64,000 bases of DNA from Candidatus Doudnabacteria bacterium (lineage in GTDB: Bacteria > Patescibacteriota > Doudnabacteria > UBA920): positions 629,646 to 693,645 of the forward strand of contig CAWINB010000001.1 in the NCBI GenBank assembly GCA_963837465.1. The letters are read 5' to 3'. The translations under genes were made by a program, and so were the position numbers. How positions within the stretch are numbered: the stretch's first letter is position 1; each line of letters starts with the position of its first letter. Of the stretch, positions 60,793 to 64,000 are shown in pieces. The notes beneath the pieces are model-generated. The model was given only the letters and a program-made list of their open reading frames with translations. It made no database searches and had not been told where the DNA came from.

Positions 60793-61175
60793 CACCCCCC
60801 ATTTTCCCCTCTCTGTTTCCTTTGTTTTTTTGGTTTGTTTTAAGTTAGTTTAGTATATTATATTTAGTTAGTATTTAAGTATTTTTTAAGTATAGTATTT
60901 TAGTTATTATTGTTTTTAGTATTATTATCTATTTTGTCGTTCAGTTAGATTATCTGGTGATATATAGTAGTCAGGGATATTTGGAGTAGTGAGAGGTAGT
61001 GGAATTAAGGATTTTAGTGCTTCTGGTGTATGAATGGTGTTCGTACAGACGTTCATACAGTTGGCACCTCAATTTTAAATCAAAAAACAGCCTTGGGCAA
61101 GGAGGTTTAGGGTGGCCAAGGTTAGCTGTTTTTGATAAAATGAGATCGAGAGTCAGGGTAAAGCTTCACCAAGAT
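60793..61175. repeat. IR-B right copy (element right end, attR-like)
   Basis: Reverse complement of 48151-48532; identical over the att-proximal ~250 bp, several indels distally. Confidence 0.88.
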
Positions 61176-61601
61176 TAGACCAAGTTTAGTTTCAGGAATT
61201 TTTTTATGGGCTGCCGCAACGGCAGCCCATTGTGTTTGCGGCACGGAAACGATTTTTTGATTTTGCAGCCAGAGGTTCAACCCGAAAATTTTTTTGGCAG
61301 CAGATTTTTTGGCCTGCAAGTCGAGCGAAAGCGTTATTTCGCCCAATTTTTCTGCGTCTTTGATGAAGTTTTTCATAGGTTCAACCCAAATTTTTCCCTC
61401 ATGTTCCAGACGGCTGATTTGTTCTGTGAGGGTCTTCTTTTCCAAAGTCGTTTAGGGCTTTTGGTGTATGAATGGTGTTCGTACAGACGTTCATACTGTT
61501 GATACCCCAATTTTAAATCAAAAAACAGCCCTCTGGCAAGGGTGGCCAAGGCTAAGAATTGTTGATAAAATAGGTTTGGATGGAGTTAAACATTTCCACC
61601 A
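61167..61601. mobile_element. Tandem mini-element / remnant of a related element
   Basis: Paralogous recombinase C-terminal fragment (61122-61445) fused to a third end-motif copy ending at CACCA 61597-61601. Confidence 0.75.
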
Positions 61602-61623
61602 GAATAGAACTTAAAAAATTCAA

Positions 61624-61648
61624 AAAACTCCCGCATCGTGGGAGTTTT
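61624..61648 (+). terminator. Intrinsic terminator, probably the original tRNA-Leu terminator
   Basis: AAAACTCCCGC-ATC-GTGGGAGTTTT, 22 bp after the last CACCA core. Confidence 0.6.
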
Positions 61649-61667
61649 AAGTTGGAAAAATTATTAA

Positions 61668-61826
61668 GAACCTGTTTGAAAAATAATATGCGGGCGGAAT
61701 TTAAGAATTTTGAGACAAAATATCAAAACAAATTTTGAGGTTTAACCTAAGTTAAGCGGAGAAATTTTTTTGGGATTTTGGCCAAAATTCTTAAATCGCG
61801 GCCCGAAGTATTTTTAAAACAGGTTC
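61668..61826. repeat. ~160-bp palindromic MITE-like repeat, copy 3
   Basis: GAACCTGTTT...AAACAGGTTC; core AACAAATTTTGAGGTTTAACCTAAGTTAAGCGGAGAAATTTTT; abuts a stop codon. Confidence 0.72.
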
Positions 61827-62206
61827 TAAGATCGAACTATGTGCCGAATGCCGGCTTTATCTTCCAGGCGCTTGACCCGGCGTTCCAGATTTTTAACTTC
61901 AAAGTGGGGCGCCATACTCTCCAGCCTTAGCCGGATATTTTCCTGGCCTTGCTCCAACACGACTTGACCTTGTTCTAATCTTGTAATATCTACTTTGGTA
62001 GCCATCTTTTCCATTACATCTTCAAAACCGTTGGCAACCATTCTGGCTAAAGACTCTCTGTTTTCTTCGGCCTTCTCAAAACCAGCGTCCATTTTGGCAT
62101 CCAGTCGTTTAAAGCCGCTGCCCATTCGCTTGTCCGTTCGTTTAAAACCAGCGTCCATTTTGGCGGCCAAAAGTTCTAAAGTGACTTTTTGTGTTTGCTT
62201 ACTCAT
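61826..62206 (-). CDS. Coiled-coil hypothetical protein
   Basis: Repeated AKMDAGF; LARMVANGF...MATKVDI. Confidence 0.65.
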   Translation of the reverse strand: MSKQTQKVTLELLAAKMDAGFKRTDKRMGSGFKRLDAKMDAGFEKAEENRESLARMVANGFEDVMEKMATKVDITRLEQGQVVLEQGQENIRLRLESMAPHFEVKNLERRVKRLEDKAGIRHIVRS

Positions 62207-62290
62207 AGGTTTTTAGCTTAATTTAATAATAACGAGCTGTCAACTTGAGCTTGTGGATAATTCCTTATAAATAAGACGCATTTTAAGCCT

Positions 62291-62319
62291 TTGACAAAAA
62301 TCATGCCATATGATATAAT
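62291..62319 (+). promoter_or_regulatory. Sigma70 promoter upstream of rnj
   Basis: TTGACA-17 bp-TATAAT with extended TGn. Confidence 0.75.
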
Positions 62320-62543
62320 TTCAATATCGGTTTGGAATCCCAGCGAAATAAAAATTTGTCAGCCAAAAATATTGTTATCAAATTACAGCTAAAAAAATTT
62401 TTTATTTGTAATTTGCTAATTGCGAGCAAACCTGCAGGCGGCCTGGCTGAACAAGCTACTGCCAAAGGTTATCGAGCGATAGATATCGCCACGGTATATT
62501 AATAATTTTTGCCTACCCGCAAATAGGCAGGACAATTTTTAAC

Positions 62544-64000
62544 ATGTTAAGAAAACCACAGCGGCATTTCAGGCCGGCCCAACAAAACAAGCCGGATAAC
62601 CTTGCCGCGCAACCACAAGTACAAAGCGACCGGTTGGACAACCTGATTGACAAAGCCACTCAGCTTGCGCCTGCCAGCTTAAACACCAGCCGTTACACGG
62701 CCTCGAGGCAAAATCTGCGCATTATCCCCATGGGAGGCGTGGAAGAAGTCGGCGAAAACATGACTGTAATGGAATACGGCGATGATTTAATAGTCATAGA
62801 TATGGGACTGGCTTTCCCCGATGACACCATGCCGGGCATTGACTACATTATTCCCGACACCAAGTGGCTGGAAGAAAACAAGCGCCGCATCCGGGGCGTA
62901 ATTATTACCCACGGCCATTTGGACCACATTGGGGCCATACCTTACATTCTGCCCAAAATCGGCGACCCGCCGGTTTACACCATGGGCCTGACAGCGGCTT
63001 TTATAAAAAAACGCCTGGAAGAATTCGGCCTGTTGGGCCGCTCCAAGATTAACGTTTTGACCAAAGACGACGTTTTGTCTTTGGGCAACTTTAAAATCCG
63101 CTTCTTCCGCCTCAACCACAGCATCCCCGACTCCGTCGGCCTGTGCGTTACCACCCCGGTGGGGCAGGTTATTTACGCCACGGACTGGAAATTTGACCAC
63201 ACTCCGGCGGACGGCAAACCCACGGAATTCGACAAAATCGCCAAGTTCGGCGCCGAAGGCGTGACTTTGCTGATGTCGGACTCCACCAACGCCACCAAGC
63301 CGGGCTACTGCGCTTCCGAACGCGAAATCGGCAACACCATAGACCGCACCTTCAGCGACCTTAAAGGCCGGATTATTTTTGCCAACTTTTCCACCAACAT
63401 TTCGCGCATCCAGCAGGTGTTTGATTCCTCGGCCAAATACAACAGGAAAGTAATAGTTACCGGGCGTTCCCTGGTCAACAACATTGAAATCGCTCTGTCT
63501 TTGGGCTACTTAAAAATCCAGCCCAAAATAATCATCAAGTCCGAGCAGGCCAAAAAATTCCCGGATAACCAAATTCTAATCCTGACCACCGGCGCCCAGG
63601 GCGAAGAAGCGGCCGGGCTGGCCCGCATCGCGCGCGGCGACCACAAGACCGTCAAAATTAAAAAAGGCGACACGACCATAGTTTCCGCCTCGCCTATTCC
63701 GGGAAACGAACGCGCCATTTCGGCCATGCTTTCCAATTTGACGCGTTTGGGCAGCCATGTTATTTACAATAAAACTCTTGACATCCATACTTCCGGCCAC
63801 GCCCACCAGGAAGAACTCAAGCTGATGATGGCTTTGGTCAAGCCCAAGTTCTTTATGCCTATCCACGGCGAACACCACATGATTGTGGCCCACGCCGAAC
63901 TGGCCAAAACCATGGGCATTCCGGACAGCAATATTTTTGCCCTGGACAACGGGCAAATCCTGGAAATTAATTCCGCCAAGGAAGCGCGCGCCACGCAGGA
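62544..64000 (+). CDS. rnj: Ribonuclease J (runs off window end)
   Basis: Manual translation: IIPMGGVEEVGENM, PGIDYIIPD, THGHLDHIG, NHSIPD, DWKFD, HTSGHA, PIHGE. Confidence 0.95.
   Translation, partial: MLRKPQRHFRPAQQNKPDNLAAQPQVQSDRLDNLIDKATQLAPASLNTSRYTASRQNLRIIPMGGVEEVGENMTVMEYGDDLIVIDMGLAFPDDTMPGIDYIIPDTKWLEENKRRIRGVIITHGHLDHIGAIPYILPKIGDPPVYTMGLTAAFIKKRLEEFGLLGRSKINVLTKDDVLSLGNFKIRFFRLNHSIPDSVGLCVTTPVGQVIYATDWKFDHTPADGKPTEFDKIAKFGAEGVTLLMSDSTNATKPGYCASEREIGNTIDRTFSDLKGRIIFANFSTNISRIQQVFDSSAKYNRKVIVTGRSLVNNIEIALSLGYLKIQPKIIIKSEQAKKFPDNQILILTTGAQGEEAAGLARIARGDHKTVKIKKGDTTIVSASPIPGNERAISAMLSNLTRLGSHVIYNKTLDIHTSGHAHQEELKLMMALVKPKFFMPIHGEHHMIVAHAELAKTMGIPDSNIFALDNGQILEINSAKEARATQ

Larger units (their letters stand above)
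45628..61171. mobile_element. Integrative mobilisable element carrying a DGR, bounded by CACCA(AGAT) cores
   Basis: CACCAAGAT at 45628 and 61167; contains serine recombinase, coupling protein, relaxase and DGR. Confidence 0.8.

Noticed and set aside
45628-61601. Prophage
   Set aside because: No terminase, capsid, portal, tail or lysis genes are recognisable.
62252-62260. DnaA boxes (TGTGGATAA here and at 35074-35082) as oriC
   Set aside because: Isolated single boxes, with no cluster and no dnaA/dnaN context.

Overview
Bacterial chromosome segment with a Patescibacteria (CPR)-like gene repertoire; the taxonomy is inferred, not searched. The core region holds two type IV pilus/T2SS gene clusters, tRNA-Ile, -Ala and -Leu, GT-C-type membrane proteins, guaA/guaB/purA, uvrA/uvrC, secG, an OppA-like protein and RNase J. 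It also holds two matching 1438-bp IS copies, two RAYT transposases with flanking REP-like sites, and a family of ~160-bp palindromic MITE-like repeats. The main result is a ~16-kb island integrated at the 3' end of tRNA-Leu(CAG) (45628-61601). The island encodes a large serine recombinase whose C-terminus is read from the tRNA antisense strand, a VirD4-like coupling ATPase and a Replic_Relax-type relaxase. It also carries a complete diversity-generating retroelement (RT, Avd, 128-bp TR and a target VR with 18/18 mismatches at TR adenines). Three features are unusual. First, avd is inverted and sits behind an out-of-frame C11 tract. Second, the island carries an internal, inverted, attP-like copy of its own two ends, so the excised circle would have two ~490-bp inverted repeats and swappable recombinase tails. 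Third, a ~435-bp sister mini-element is integrated in tandem. Several core genes carry small frameshifts that are probably sequencing errors, so single-base claims need read-level checks.
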